DNA of 49,905 nt from Deinococcales bacterium (GCA_031414595.1 JANNVX010000029.1:1-49905); one strand, 5' to 3'. Positions 1-9,240 are shown, numbered from the stretch's first letter. The notes: generated by a model from the sequence alone, not told the origin. Program-made: numbers and translations.

Positions 1-102
1 TTCTTGAAAGTATGGAAGTAAGGCTTGGAATTCTTTTTTGGTTAGTCCAGTCAGGGCTAAGAAGCGAGTTTTATTCTTGACGAGTTTGTCGTAATGCAGC
101 AC
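1..102 (-). CDS. Transposase N-terminus (partial), IS5/ISL2-like HTH
   Basis: GTG at 102 gives MLHYDKLVKNKTRFLALTGLTKKEFQALLPYFQE; the 'F..LTGLT..EF..LL..F' pattern is typical of DDE_Tnp_4-associated N-termini. Confidence 0.65.
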   Translation of the reverse strand, partial: MLHYDKLVKNKTRFLALTGLTKKEFQALLPYFQE

Positions 103-135
103 TCGAATAGTTTATCCTAATTTCCGATAACGTCT
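1..135 (-). mobile_element. Left end of an IS5-family (ISL2-group-like) insertion sequence, truncated by the window edge
   Basis: Minus strand begins AGACGTTATCGGAAATTAGG at 135 (IR-like) and leads into a transposase-like N-terminus; the inositol monophosphatase frame starts abruptly at 136. Confidence 0.65.
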
Positions 136-261
136 ATTGAAGAAGCGGGTGGTCTGGTCAGTAATTTTGCTGGGCAAACCTATGCCTATAGCGACAAGAA
201 AATTGTCGCCAGCAACAAACATCTTCACCAAGCGATGATTGACACGATCAACCTGTCATGA
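136..261 (+). pseudogene. 3' fragment of inositol monophosphatase (SuhB-like), cut by the IS
   Basis: IEEAGGLVSNFAGQTYAYSDKKIVASNKHLHQAMIDTINLS* matches the IMPase C-terminal 'EAGG.V....G.......I.ASN..LH' pattern; no start codon, and IS sequence lies directly upstream. Confidence 0.7.
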
Positions 262-299
262 TTGACACGATCACTCAAAGTTCATGATTGACACGATCA
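235..299 (+). repeat. Three copies of the 16-bp repeat ATGATTGACACGATCA
   Basis: Exact copies at 235-250, 258-273 and 284-299, with 7- and 10-nt gaps. Confidence 0.9.
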
Positions 300-304
300 A
301 CGAA

Positions 305-731
305 TCAAAATAAATCAGCCCCAAGCATGACTGCTGGGCGTAAGCTGATTTGGCAAGATTTACCTGTAGCTGCTAAATCCTGCTGTCCCACAATTTGAAC
401 TGCTCCAATGCCCTGCCAGGTGTTGTTGGCTCGAGTTACGGCTGGCAACAAAATACAGTAGTAATACTCTTTTTGGCTTGCCACTGCAAAAATTGCTAAG
501 TCTGTGTCAATTCCTGTTTGTTCTCGAGTTGCGTATAACCCAAGTCCTACTCGGGTATCTGTGCCGACCGCAAAACCATAAGGAATGTTTTGTTCTCTAG
601 CCACCAGATTGACCGCCCAAGTACCAAGCTGGTCAAAAGTCACATCCCACGTTTGCCCTAAATTAAACACAGCTTGCCAAGGCAGCACTAAAAAACATCA
701 GCGTCCAAACCCAGAACCAATTTCACTTCAT
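305..731 (-). pseudogene. Secreted two-Cys beta-rich protein, apparently disrupted (intact ORF portion 305-688)
   Basis: ATG at 731 follows a TACCCT -10 box; that frame reads MK*NWFWVWTLMFFSAALA (signal-peptide-like) and shifts into AVFNLGQTWDVTF; the domain resembles the repeats in 20074-21723. Confidence 0.5.
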
Positions 732-895
732 GGTATTAGGGTATCACGAATTTTGTTTCTCGAGGAAAAAAACGTCATACCAACCCTTGATATTCTTGGC
801 ATATTTTACATTTTTTTCAAAGAAATCCATAATCAGACGTTGTCGAAAGTGTTGCAGCACTTTCTAATTTGATACGAAATCCTAAAACATGTTGC

Positions 896-1699
896 TTAAA
901 TTCCACGCGGACGATACAACCCAGTTCTGGTTTCTTCGATGTACTCCTCGAGTTGCGGCATCTGCAAAACCCGAGCCACCGCACATTCTGCTTGGTAGTC
1001 GTACAACACGCGAACAAAACTGAGTTCTAGTTGACTCGAGCCATGCAGCACCCCATAACTAGGCAGATTTGAGTCAAGCGGATTGCCAACCGAACCGACA
1101 TTAAAGACCATTCGTCCGCGCAAGTTAGGGTTCATTTCAGGAAATGAGCGCAAATGCCGCACTAAAACAGTGTGAATATCACCATAACCAACAGCAATCG
1201 GTAGGGGTGCATCCAAGCCAACAAATTCGGTGGCATCAAAAAGCCGATAAAAGTTTTCGAGTGGGTCATTTTCCCGCACCCGTGTCCAAACACCGTGGCT
1301 CGAGGCATGAACCAATCGCACCAAGCCAGATTTTCTAGGAATATCTAGGGCGTTGGGAAGCGATTTTAACCATTCGAGCCGTTCTAGTCCGACTTGAGTA
1401 CGTTGCCACTCGAGGGCTTGGGTCATGCTTGGCATTTCTGGCGGAGCGTTATTCATAATCGGACGAATCAGCAATTCATCCCAGTTGCCAAACAAACAAG
1501 GTATCTCGAGTTCTCGCAACCTGTCTAGCACCTCGGCTGGGCGCGGACCTTTACCCGCCACATCCCCCAGCATCACAATCTGTTGAATGCCTCGCTTAGA
1601 AATATCTGCCAGCACTGCTTCAAGGGCGGTTAAATTTGCATGGGTATCTGAAATAATCGCCAGAGGCTGAGATTCTGCAATGTCAAGGAGAACTGGCAC
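896..1699 (-). CDS. Calcineurin-like metallophosphoesterase
   Basis: Motifs SDTHAN, LGDVAG, GNWD, H, GDIH, NVGSVG. Confidence 0.9.
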   Translation of the reverse strand: MPVLLDIAESQPLAIISDTHANLTALEAVLADISKRGIQQIVMLGDVAGKGPRPAEVLDRLRELEIPCLFGNWDELLIRPIMNNAPPEMPSMTQALEWQRTQVGLERLEWLKSLPNALDIPRKSGLVRLVHASSHGVWTRVRENDPLENFYRLFDATEFVGLDAPLPIAVGYGDIHTVLVRHLRSFPEMNPNLRGRMVFNVGSVGNPLDSNLPSYGVLHGSSQLELSFVRVLYDYQAECAVARVLQMPQLEEYIEETRTGLYRPRGI

Positions 1700-1715
1700 A
1701 GCTTATTCTACAACG

Positions 1716-1790
1716 CTGGTAGTCACAGTTCTATCCTGACTCTGGTCGTCACAGTTCTATCCTGATTCTGGTCGTCACAGTTCTATCCTA
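1716..1790 (+). repeat. 26-bp tandem repeat, about 2.9 copies
   Basis: CTGGT(A/C)GTCACAGTTCTATCCTGA(C/T)T units start at 1716, 1742 and 1768. Confidence 0.9.
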
Positions 1791-2823
1791 CGACTTTAGC
1801 AAAAACCATACGTCCAAGTGCCGTTTGGGTGATGGTTTGAATCAAGACTTGGGCAATTCGACCCTTAAAAGCCAGTCCGTCTTCGACCACCACCATTGTG
1901 CCATCCTCGAGATAGCCTATCCCCTGCCCGGGTTGATTGCCCTCGCGCATAATTTGTAGATTGAGTTCGTCACCAGCCGCCAATTTTGGTTTTAAGGAAT
2001 CGGCGAGAACGTTTAAGGATAAGGTTTTGACATCTTGTAAACCTGCCACTCGAGCCAGACCAGTATCGTTGGTGACAATACTGGCATGAATTTCCAGCGC
2101 AGCCCGAATTAAACGTTCATCCACTTCGCCGCCAGTATCAGCAAATTCTCGAATCACCACTTCTAGGTTACGGACTGCTTTTAATTTCTCGAGTAAATCC
2201 AAACCGCGTCTGCCTTTGGCGCGTCGGTCTTTGTCGGTGGAATCGGCAAAATACTGTAATTCACGCAACACAAAACCCGGGACAATCAGCATTCCTTCAA
2301 GAAAACCAGCCCGTGCCACCTCTAAAACCCGTCCATCAATAATAACGTTTGTGTCTATCAGTTTTAACGAACCCAAGGTGCTTTTAATGGTTAAGGTTTT
2401 CGGGCTTCGTTCGGCAAAAGGTGTAAAAAAATGTTGGTTAATCACCGCGATGCTGACCAAAAACACCGCCAGCACCACGGTAATCCCAATTTGCCAAATC
2501 CAGTTGTAGCCCGGAATATTAGAAATCACACCATTTAAGAGAAGGCTTAGTATCAACGAAAAAACCAGTGCCACCGTTGCCGCCAAGACAGTTTGCGGTG
2601 GAGTATGCACCCATGCTTCGGCAATGCGTGCCACAATGCCACGCAACCAAAAACTAATACGACCTGTAAAAAGCGAAATCAGCAACGCCCCAAGCAAGGT
2701 AATATAGGCTTGATTGATGCTGTCTTGGACAAGTAGAGGAGCGGTACGCCAGCCGACAAAAGCACCGATAATAACCAGAGTCCCTCGGATAATAGCGCGA
2801 ATTAAATCAGGTTCAGGTTTCAT
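1783..2823 (-). CDS. Membrane PIN/TRAM domain protein (YacL-like)
   Basis: N-terminal TM helices, PIN motif IDTNVIIDGR, TRAM motif GQGIGYLEDGTMVVVE; downstream of radA, as in other bacteria. Confidence 0.92.
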   Translation of the reverse strand: MKPEPDLIRAIIRGTLVIIGAFVGWRTAPLLVQDSINQAYITLLGALLISLFTGRISFWLRGIVARIAEAWVHTPPQTVLAATVALVFSLILSLLLNGVISNIPGYNWIWQIGITVVLAVFLVSIAVINQHFFTPFAERSPKTLTIKSTLGSLKLIDTNVIIDGRVLEVARAGFLEGMLIVPGFVLRELQYFADSTDKDRRAKGRRGLDLLEKLKAVRNLEVVIREFADTGGEVDERLIRAALEIHASIVTNDTGLARVAGLQDVKTLSLNVLADSLKPKLAAGDELNLQIMREGNQPGQGIGYLEDGTMVVVEDGLAFKGRIAQVLIQTITQTALGRMVFAKVVG

Positions 2824-2835
2824 TTTACTCCCAAT

Positions 2836-4161
2836 TTACACTTTAGCGCGTTGTTGCCACATCATTTGTACCGCTTCGCGCACCATCGTAATGCTGCGGC
2901 TGCCATGCACACCCGGCGGAGCGATTAATCGTTCAATGCCAATTCGAGTCGCTTCGGCAGCACGGCGGGCGGGCTGGGAAACACTGCGAACCTCGCCAGC
3001 CAAGCCAACTTCGCCAAAAACCGCAATGCCCTCAGGAATTGGTTTCATCATTACCGCGCTGTAGACTGCTAAAGCAATGGCTAAATCGAGACCGGGGTCA
3101 ATCACTTTTAAGCCACCCGCTAAATTGACATAGATGTCCAGTCCACCAAGGCTTAGCTCTAAGCGGCGCTCGAGAACCGCCAGAACCACATCCACCCTTC
3201 TGGCATCTAAGCCAACTGCCACCCGCTTCGGGGCTGGATATGGGGTTTTTGCCGCCAAGGCTTGAACCTCGAGCAGCAATGGGCGTTGCCCATCCATGGT
3301 GGCAGCAATCACACTGCCCGGCGCACCGACTGGACGTTCGGCAAGGAACGCGGCAGACGGGTTATCCACTGCCACCAAACCAGCTTCCTGCATATCAAAA
3401 ACACCCAGTTCGCCAACATTGCCAAAACGGTTTTTAATCGAGCGCAGCATTCGGTAATTGCCAACACTCTCGAGCATCAACACTGCATCCACAATATGCT
3501 CCATCACTTTTGGTCCTGCCACCGAACCATCTTTGGTGACATGTCCGACCAAAACCATACTGCTGCCGGTTTCTTTAGCAGCGCGGGTCAGTTGGGCTGT
3601 AGCTTCACGCACTTGGGCAAGACCACCGGGCGAACCAGTCTCGCCAGCTTGAATGGTTTGGATTGAATCCACAATGCAAAGCCGTGGTTTTTCTGCCTCG
3701 AGAAGCGCAGAAATCCCTTCTGAAGTGATGTCGCGGGTCATTAGGATGTTTCCAGTTACACCAAGTCGGTCAGCCCGTAAGCGCACTTGCTCGAGCGATT
3801 CTTCGCCAGCCACATACAAAACAGATTCGCCAGCTTCGGCTAAATGATGTGCCACTTGTAATAAAAGCGTACTTTTACCAATCCCCGGTTCGCCACCAAG
3901 CAGCACCACTCCACCAGCCACCCAACCGCCACCCAAAACCCGATCCAATTCCGAAACACCACTCGAGACCCGAGGCTCAGATTGGGTTGCCACATCGCCA
4001 AGGCGCACCAAGGCGGCTCGAGGTAAAGCAAGGCGTTTAGCGGGGCTGTTAGAAATCTCTTCAAAACTATTCCAGGCGCTGCACGTTGGGCAACGCCCGA
4101 GGCTTTTTACAGCGGTGTAGCCACATGAACTGCATTTGAATTGGGTGGTGACTCGAGCCAT
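2836..4161 (-). CDS. radA: DNA repair protein RadA/Sms
   Basis: C4 zinc finger, Walker [15 protein letters not shown] motif, Lon-like C-terminus. Confidence 0.97.
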   Translation of the reverse strand: MARVTTQFKCSSCGYTAVKSLGRCPTCSAWNSFEEISNSPAKRLALPRAALVRLGDVATQSEPRVSSGVSELDRVLGGGWVAGGVVLLGGEPGIGKSTLLLQVAHHLAEAGESVLYVAGEESLEQVRLRADRLGVTGNILMTRDITSEGISALLEAEKPRLCIVDSIQTIQAGETGSPGGLAQVREATAQLTRAAKETGSSMVLVGHVTKDGSVAGPKVMEHIVDAVLMLESVGNYRMLRSIKNRFGNVGELGVFDMQEAGLVAVDNPSAAFLAERPVGAPGSVIAATMDGQRPLLLEVQALAAKTPYPAPKRVAVGLDARRVDVVLAVLERRLELSLGGLDIYVNLAGGLKVIDPGLDLAIALAVYSAVMMKPIPEGIAVFGEVGLAGEVRSVSQPARRAAEATRIGIERLIAPPGVHGSRSITMVREAVQMMWQQRAKV

Positions 4162-4229
4162 TGCACAATGTTACAAAACAAAAGTGAGCAAAGTACAAAA
4201 ACAATTTGGCAATGTAAACAGGTTGATAT

Positions 4230-4265
4230 TTGTGATTTAATTCACGATTATTATGTATTTGTGAA
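4230..4265. promoter_or_regulatory. Putative transcription-factor box (Rex/CRP-like TGTGA-N6-TCAC plus a TTGTGAA half site)
   Basis: TTGTGATTTAATTCACGA...TTGTGAA; a closely similar copy lies at 15472-15506. Confidence 0.45.
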
Positions 4266-4340
4266 TTTATTATTTCAAGATTTTTTATTAAATCAATCTA
4301 AGACTTCCTTAGAATCTGATTCAAGCTCGAGTCAAAAGAC

Positions 4341-4370
4341 TTGCAATTTTGGTACACCAAACGGTATAAC
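4341..4370 (+). promoter_or_regulatory. Sigma70-type promoter for the aroG leader
   Basis: TTGCAA-18nt-TATAAC, ending 7 nt before ATG 4378. Confidence 0.6.
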
Positions 4371-4377
4371 TTGGCTC

Positions 4378-4443
4378 ATGCGTTCACGTTCGCCGTTTTA
4401 TGCTTATTTTTTTACCCCAGACACGGCGGCTGAGGGGACGTAA
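4378..4443 (+). CDS. Phe/Tyr-rich attenuator leader peptide (21 aa)
   Basis: MRSRSPFYAYFFTPDTAAEGT*; FYAYFF cluster resembles PheL; followed by a terminator and then DAHP synthase. Confidence 0.85.
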   Translation: MRSRSPFYAYFFTPDTAAEGT

Positions 4444-4461
4444 ATCTGTTTACCAACCTAG

Positions 4462-4490
4462 AAAACCGCCGAGCTTCGGCGGTTTTTTTT
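4462..4490 (+). terminator. Attenuator terminator
   Basis: AAAACCGCCGA-GCT-TCGGCGGTTTT plus T-run; CCGCCG can alternatively pair with CGGCGG at 4424-4429. Confidence 0.85.
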
Positions 4491-4505
4491 GGTTTTAAGG
4501 AGTCT

Positions 4506-5576
4506 ATGCCACACAATACCGATGATGTCCGAATCAAAGCCATTCACGAAGTTTCTCCGCCGATGCACATCATGCGAGAATTTCCAATCTCAGAAAGCGC
4601 GGCTGCCACCGTTTTTGATTCGCGCCAAGCCTCTCACCGAATACTGCATGGCATGGATGACCGCCTTCTGGTGGTGGTTGGACCGTGTTCGATTCACGAC
4701 ACCAAGGCAGCCCTCGAGTACGCAGGTAAGTTGCTTACGCTAAAAAAGAAGCTACAAGCCGACCTTGAAATTGTGATGCGGGTTTATTTTGAAAAACCGC
4801 GTACCACAGTTGGTTGGAAAGGTTTAATCAACGACCCCTTGCTCGATGGCAGCTTTGAAATTAACCAAGGCTTACGGGTGGCAAGGGACTTGCTGCTCGA
4901 GATTAACGAATTAGGAATTCCAGCCGCAACCGAATACTTGGATACAATTTCGCCGCAGTATATAGCGGATTTAATCGCATGGGGAGCAATCGGAGCGCGT
5001 ACCACCGAAAGCCAAATTCATCGTGAGCTTGCCAGTGGCTTAAGTTGCCCAGTTGGATTTAAGAACGGCACGGATGGTAACATTAAAATTGCCATAGATG
5101 CGATTAAATCTTCTTCACAGCCGCATAACTTCTTGTCTGTCACCAAAGCTGGACACAGCGCCATTGTTTCTACCGGTGGCAACGAGGATTGTCATGTGAT
5201 TTTGCGCGGTGGCAAAACCCCTAATTATGATGCTGACCATGTAGAAGCGGCTTGTACAGAAATCAGTAAATCAGGCTTGGCTGCCCGAATCATGATTGAT
5301 TGTTCACACGGCAACTCGAGTAAAAAACACGAAAATCAAATTCCAGTGGCTGCCGATGTTGGTGTACAAATTGCTGGCGGGGACACTAGAATTGTCGGCG
5401 TGATGCTCGAGAGCCACTTAAAAGCTGGTCGGCAGGATTTAATCCCTGGTACGCCTCTCGAGTACGGCGTTTCGATTACCGATGCCTGTATTGCTTGGGA
5501 AGAAACGGTTTTGGTTCTCGAGAATTTAGCTTCGGCAGTGCGAATGCGGCGGGTGCAGCAAGTCAGCGCTAAGTAA
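4506..5576 (+). CDS. aroG: DAHP synthase, class I-alpha
   Basis: GPCSIHD, RVYFEKPRTTVGWKG, GAIGARTTESQIHR, DCSHGNS, YGVSITDAC; RBS AAGGAG. Confidence 0.96.
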   Translation: MPHNTDDVRIKAIHEVSPPMHIMREFPISESAAATVFDSRQASHRILHGMDDRLLVVVGPCSIHDTKAALEYAGKLLTLKKKLQADLEIVMRVYFEKPRTTVGWKGLINDPLLDGSFEINQGLRVARDLLLEINELGIPAATEYLDTISPQYIADLIAWGAIGARTTESQIHRELASGLSCPVGFKNGTDGNIKIAIDAIKSSSQPHNFLSVTKAGHSAIVSTGGNEDCHVILRGGKTPNYDADHVEAACTEISKSGLAARIMIDCSHGNSSKKHENQIPVAADVGVQIAGGDTRIVGVMLESHLKAGRQDLIPGTPLEYGVSITDACIAWEETVLVLENLASAVRMRRVQQVSAK

Positions 5577-5578
5577 AA

Positions 5579-5606
5579 GCAATGACCAAGAACCCTTGGT
5601 CATTGC
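5579..5606. terminator. Hairpin between convergent genes
   Basis: GCAATGACCAAG-AACC-CTTGGTCATTGC, perfect 12-bp stem. Confidence 0.7.
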
Positions 5607-5613
5607 CTCATTT

Positions 5614-5943
5614 TTATTTCTTTTTGACGACTTTTTTCTTGGGCTTATCAAAGCCAACCGCCCATTCGCCTACACTGTCTAGCAATGGCTTTAAGGCTTC
5701 TCCTTTTTCAGTCAGGCTGTACTCGACCCTTGGTGGCACTTCTGGGAAGGCTTGCCGATTGACCACACCTTGCTCCTCGAGTTCTTTTAGTCGTTCGGAA
5801 AGGGTACGCGGACTGACCTTTAAGACTTTTTCCAGCGTGGTAAAACGCGCAGGACCTTTTTGTAGGGTCTCGAGGATGATAAATGTGCCTTTGCGTCCTA
5901 TGACGCGCAGTGCCATTTCGGTAGCTGACATAATTTTTTTCAT
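5614..5943 (-). CDS. HxlR-family winged-helix regulator
   Basis: RF..LE....VSPRTLSERLKELE..G.V.R..FPEVPPRVEYSLTEKG. Confidence 0.93.
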   Translation of the reverse strand: MKKIMSATEMALRVIGRKGTFIILETLQKGPARFTTLEKVLKVSPRTLSERLKELEEQGVVNRQAFPEVPPRVEYSLTEKGEALKPLLDSVGEWAVGFDKPKKKVVKKK

Positions 5944-6073
5944 CTCTGTTACTTTACTCTTTTAATTCTGACAAAATCCTTAATACTTTTATTTTATACT
6001 ATAATCGATTAAACTCATACTTTGCGTCAGGGTTTTTGCTTACTGGCTAAAAATCACGTTATGCTCTTTAATT

Positions 6074-6913
6074 ATGCGAATCGCTTGGTTGATGTTAGAT
6101 GGGGTTGGCTTACGGACAACTGAAGATTTTCTTGGTAATCCATTTTATCAACTCGAGTTACCGACCCTCAAAAAGCTGGGGATTAGCACACCTACAGTCA
6201 CATTTCAACCAGATTTGACCACCAAGCCGATAGATGCCAATTTAGATGTCCAAGGCTTACCGCAAAGTGGCACAGGTCAAACCACAATACTGACCGGAAT
6301 AAACGCAAGTAAGGCACTAGGATTTCATCACGGACCTTGGGTTAGCCCAAGTTTAGTCCCGATTCTCGAGCAGAATATCCTTAAACAAATTGGCGATGTC
6401 CGTTTGGCTAATTTTTACCCTGCACGCTACTTAGAATCGCTGGCTTCTGGGAAAACAAAACTGAATGCGATTGCCACGAGTGCTTTAAGTGCTGGGGCGA
6501 GGCTCGAGAGCGAATCTGGACTGGGAATTAGTCCTTTGCTGCGCCCACTTGAAGAAAACAGCAACCTAGAGCAAATCAAAAATTGGGCAAAGGCATTTAT
6601 GAATTCCCAAGCCAAAATCACGATTTTTGATTTGTGGTGGACAGACAGTCTTGGGCATGAAATGAACTTAACAGAAGCCCAAGCCTTGGCATTTCGCCTC
6701 GAGCAGTTTTGCAAGTATTGTCTTGCGTATCAAGACCAAAAAACGCTTTTTTTAATCACCAGCGACCACGGCAACTTCGAGGATTTACGGGTCAAGACCC
6801 ACACCAGAAATCCTGTGCCACTTGTGGCGGTTGGACAAGGCGCAAACCACTTTGCCCAAGTTTTGAGCTTGGTCGACATCGCCAAGGCAGTTTTAGCAGC
6901 CATGAAGGTTTAA
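6074..6913 (+). CDS. Metalloenzyme (alkaline phosphatase/iPGM superfamily)
   Basis: LDGVG, PQSGTGQT, DSLGH, TSDHGN, HTRNPVP. Confidence 0.85.
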   Translation: MRIAWLMLDGVGLRTTEDFLGNPFYQLELPTLKKLGISTPTVTFQPDLTTKPIDANLDVQGLPQSGTGQTTILTGINASKALGFHHGPWVSPSLVPILEQNILKQIGDVRLANFYPARYLESLASGKTKLNAIATSALSAGARLESESGLGISPLLRPLEENSNLEQIKNWAKAFMNSQAKITIFDLWWTDSLGHEMNLTEAQALAFRLEQFCKYCLAYQDQKTLFLITSDHGNFEDLRVKTHTRNPVPLVAVGQGANHFAQVLSLVDIAKAVLAAMKV

Positions 6914-7057
6914 GTATTTGTCTGGCTATGAACTTTGTACAACCTAGACTCGAACCTAACGGAAGGGTACATAATAAGAATAGTTCGGCAGTTAGAAAAA
7001 CCCGCCGAAGCTAATGGAAACGACCACCGAAGGTCAAAGAATTGTTGTACTATTGTT

Positions 7058-7174
7058 CTAGCACCGAGTGCAAACTGTTGGCGGGAAAATAGCACCAGTA
7101 TCATCGGCAACCGCGAAACCACCGAGAGCGAAACCCAAGACCATAACCACCAACGCACGAATCATCTTTTTCAT
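7058..7174 (-). CDS. Small secreted propeptide (38 aa), candidate signalling peptide
   Basis: RBS GGAGGA then MKKMIRALVVMVLGFALGGFAVA|DDTGAIFPPTVCTRC*; Sec signal with A-X-A site; absent from the ORF track. Confidence 0.8.
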   Translation of the reverse strand: MKKMIRALVVMVLGFALGGFAVADDTGAIFPPTVCTRC

Positions 7175-7224
7175 ATTTGTTCCTCCACTTGGTAAAGTAA
7201 AAGCAGTTTAAGGAAACCAATAAT

Positions 7225-9228
7225 ATGAACCGTGTAGTTGCCTATAATCAAAATCCACAGGTCGTGCAGTCTCAACCGACTGCACGACCTGAGTTGGAGC
7301 TTCGTTCGCTCATCCAAGCAGGAAAATACCGTGACGCACTCGATTCTTATAAAAATTTAGTTGTACCCACTTCAGAAGCAACTCGTTTGGCAGGGCAGGC
7401 GGAATGGGGGCAAGGCAACTTTTTACAGGCGGCTATCTACTTAAATCGTGCTTGTATTCAAGGTGAATACGGGGCTGGCGTTGATATTTTGCGACTCCAA
7501 GTGCTGCAAAATCAATTGGATGATATTGATTCAAAAATAATTAGTATTGACCAGTCCAGCTTAAAAGATTTAGACAAAATACAATTGCAAATAGTGCAGG
7601 GTGAAGTTGCGCTTAAAAAGAACAAATTAGGCATTGCAAAACGCTGTTTTCTTGACGCATGGATTGCTGCCAATTCACTTGCAAATAGTGGTTCATTGGT
7701 TCAATCAATCGCTAGAAATCTTTTTGTCGTTTGTCATGCTACTGCATGTGATAGTGAATCAATCGGCTACCTCAATCAGGCTCTTGTGGGCGCAAAAGGC
7801 ATTTGGATTCCGTATTTGCGACTTTCAAAAGCACAAGCCCATCTAATGCTAGGGGATTTTGTTAATTGTCAGCAAGACCTAAACGAGATTGCAAACGAAT
7901 CTATCAACAATGTCCAGTTTTCTACAAATTATGCCACTGTTCAAGGACTATTTGCGTTTCTAGGAAACGAATTTCAACCTGCCATAGAAAAGTTAGGACT
8001 TGCGCTTCAAGAACTCAAAGCTGCAAATTCTAATACCTCATCAATTACTCGAGTCCAGTATTACCTGGTTGGAATGCTGATACAACAAAAATACTTTAAC
8101 CAAGCTCGCGGACAATTGTGTCAGCTTGAAGTCCATGCCCAAACCCGTGGCGAAAGAGCCATGTTTGATCAACGTAAAGGGCAGTATTTAGCGGCTCAAG
8201 GTTTATTTGCCGATGCCGTCGAGCATTTAGAAATGGCTCGAGAAACCTTTTTTGATCTCGAGTGGCGCAGGGAACTTGGTTGGACGTTGCTGCAACTGGC
8301 ACATGTTCATTTGAATCTGGGCAATCCACAAAAAGCTGGTTTACTGCTCGAGTCGGTCACTGACATCATCAATATCGTCGAAAATGCGGCATTTCTTGAA
8401 CTCGAGCGTCGCTTTATTGGCGACCTTAAACCATTAACCAAAATTGCTTCTAGTTATGGTTTACATGCCCTAACCCATAATCAACCACTTGCCCAGCCAA
8501 TTATGTCACGTCCTGTTCAGACTTCGATTGCTTTTCATAGTTTTGGAGTCACAACCTTGTCGTTAAATGGTCAGCCGGTCAGCTGCAAGTTAAATCGGGC
8601 TTTTGCAGTCATGGCGTATTTGCTGATGTACCCACAAAGTTCGCTCGAGAAGATTTTATCAGAAGTCTTTGAGGATTCTAAAGATGTGGCAGCTGCCAAA
8701 AACTATTTTCATACGGCTCGCTATGAACTCAATCGGGCTTTTAACTGGATTAGTTTTACTTATGACCGAATTACCAAAACCTATTCAGTAGACACTGGCG
8801 ATGTGCCAATGCAGTTTGATTATCACGAGATTATACGACTACTACACGCCCCTTCGGAGAATGAGTTCTACGATGCCCTCGAGATTTGCCGTGGTCCTTT
8901 TATGCCCGGCTTTGAAGGGCAGTGGATCGAGGAGGTGCGTGCTAACGTGGAATGGTTATTGGTTCGTAGTGGCTTAAAATTGGTGCAAGAAATGTATGAA
9001 TCTGGCGATTTTCAGGCGTGTCGGCGTTTGACCGAACGGTTACTCAAAGTCGAACCATTGGATGAATCTTTGAACGAATTATTGGTACGGGCAACAAGGG
9101 AAGTCGAAGGGGCATTGGCGAGCCGTAAAGCCATGAGTATGGTGGAATCTCAGTTTTTACTAGAAGTTGGTGAATTGCCGCCAACCTTGGCACAGTTAAA
9201 AAGTGAAATGAAGTTTAGAATGAATTAG
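7225..9228 (+). CDS. TPR-repeat protein with C-terminal SARP-type wHTH/BTAD module
   Basis: Helical TPR-like repeats over about 400 aa, then 'FG...L..NG', 'AYLL', 'F...RYEL', 'GPFMPG...W..E.R', 'L.VEPLDE' typical of BTAD regulators. Confidence 0.8.
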   Translation: MNRVVAYNQNPQVVQSQPTARPELELRSLIQAGKYRDALDSYKNLVVPTSEATRLAGQAEWGQGNFLQAAIYLNRACIQGEYGAGVDILRLQVLQNQLDDIDSKIISIDQSSLKDLDKIQLQIVQGEVALKKNKLGIAKRCFLDAWIAANSLANSGSLVQSIARNLFVVCHATACDSESIGYLNQALVGAKGIWIPYLRLSKAQAHLMLGDFVNCQQDLNEIANESINNVQFSTNYATVQGLFAFLGNEFQPAIEKLGLALQELKAANSNTSSITRVQYYLVGMLIQQKYFNQARGQLCQLEVHAQTRGERAMFDQRKGQYLAAQGLFADAVEHLEMARETFFDLEWRRELGWTLLQLAHVHLNLGNPQKAGLLLESVTDIINIVENAAFLELERRFIGDLKPLTKIASSYGLHALTHNQPLAQPIMSRPVQTSIAFHSFGVTTLSLNGQPVSCKLNRAFAVMAYLLMYPQSSLEKILSEVFEDSKDVAAAKNYFHTARYELNRAFNWISFTYDRITKTYSVDTGDVPMQFDYHEIIRLLHAPSENEFYDALEICRGPFMPGFEGQWIEEVRANVEWLLVRSGLKLVQEMYESGDFQACRRLTERLLKVEPLDESLNELLVRATREVEGALASRKAMSMVESQFLLEVGELPPTLAQLKSEMKFRMN

Positions 9229-9240
9229 TCTCGAGTTTTT

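Noticed and set aside
235-299. Possible CRISPR array
   Set aside because: Repeats are 16 bp, spacers only 7-10 bp, and there are no cas genes in the window.
835-850. AGACGTTGTCGAAAGT resembling the IS terminal repeat
   Set aside because: No partner end or transposase found; could be chance.
6910-7195. ORF-track calls 6910..7158 (-) and 6935..7195 (+)
   Set aside because: No RBS or recognisable features; the 7058-7174 frame has a strong RBS and a signal peptide.
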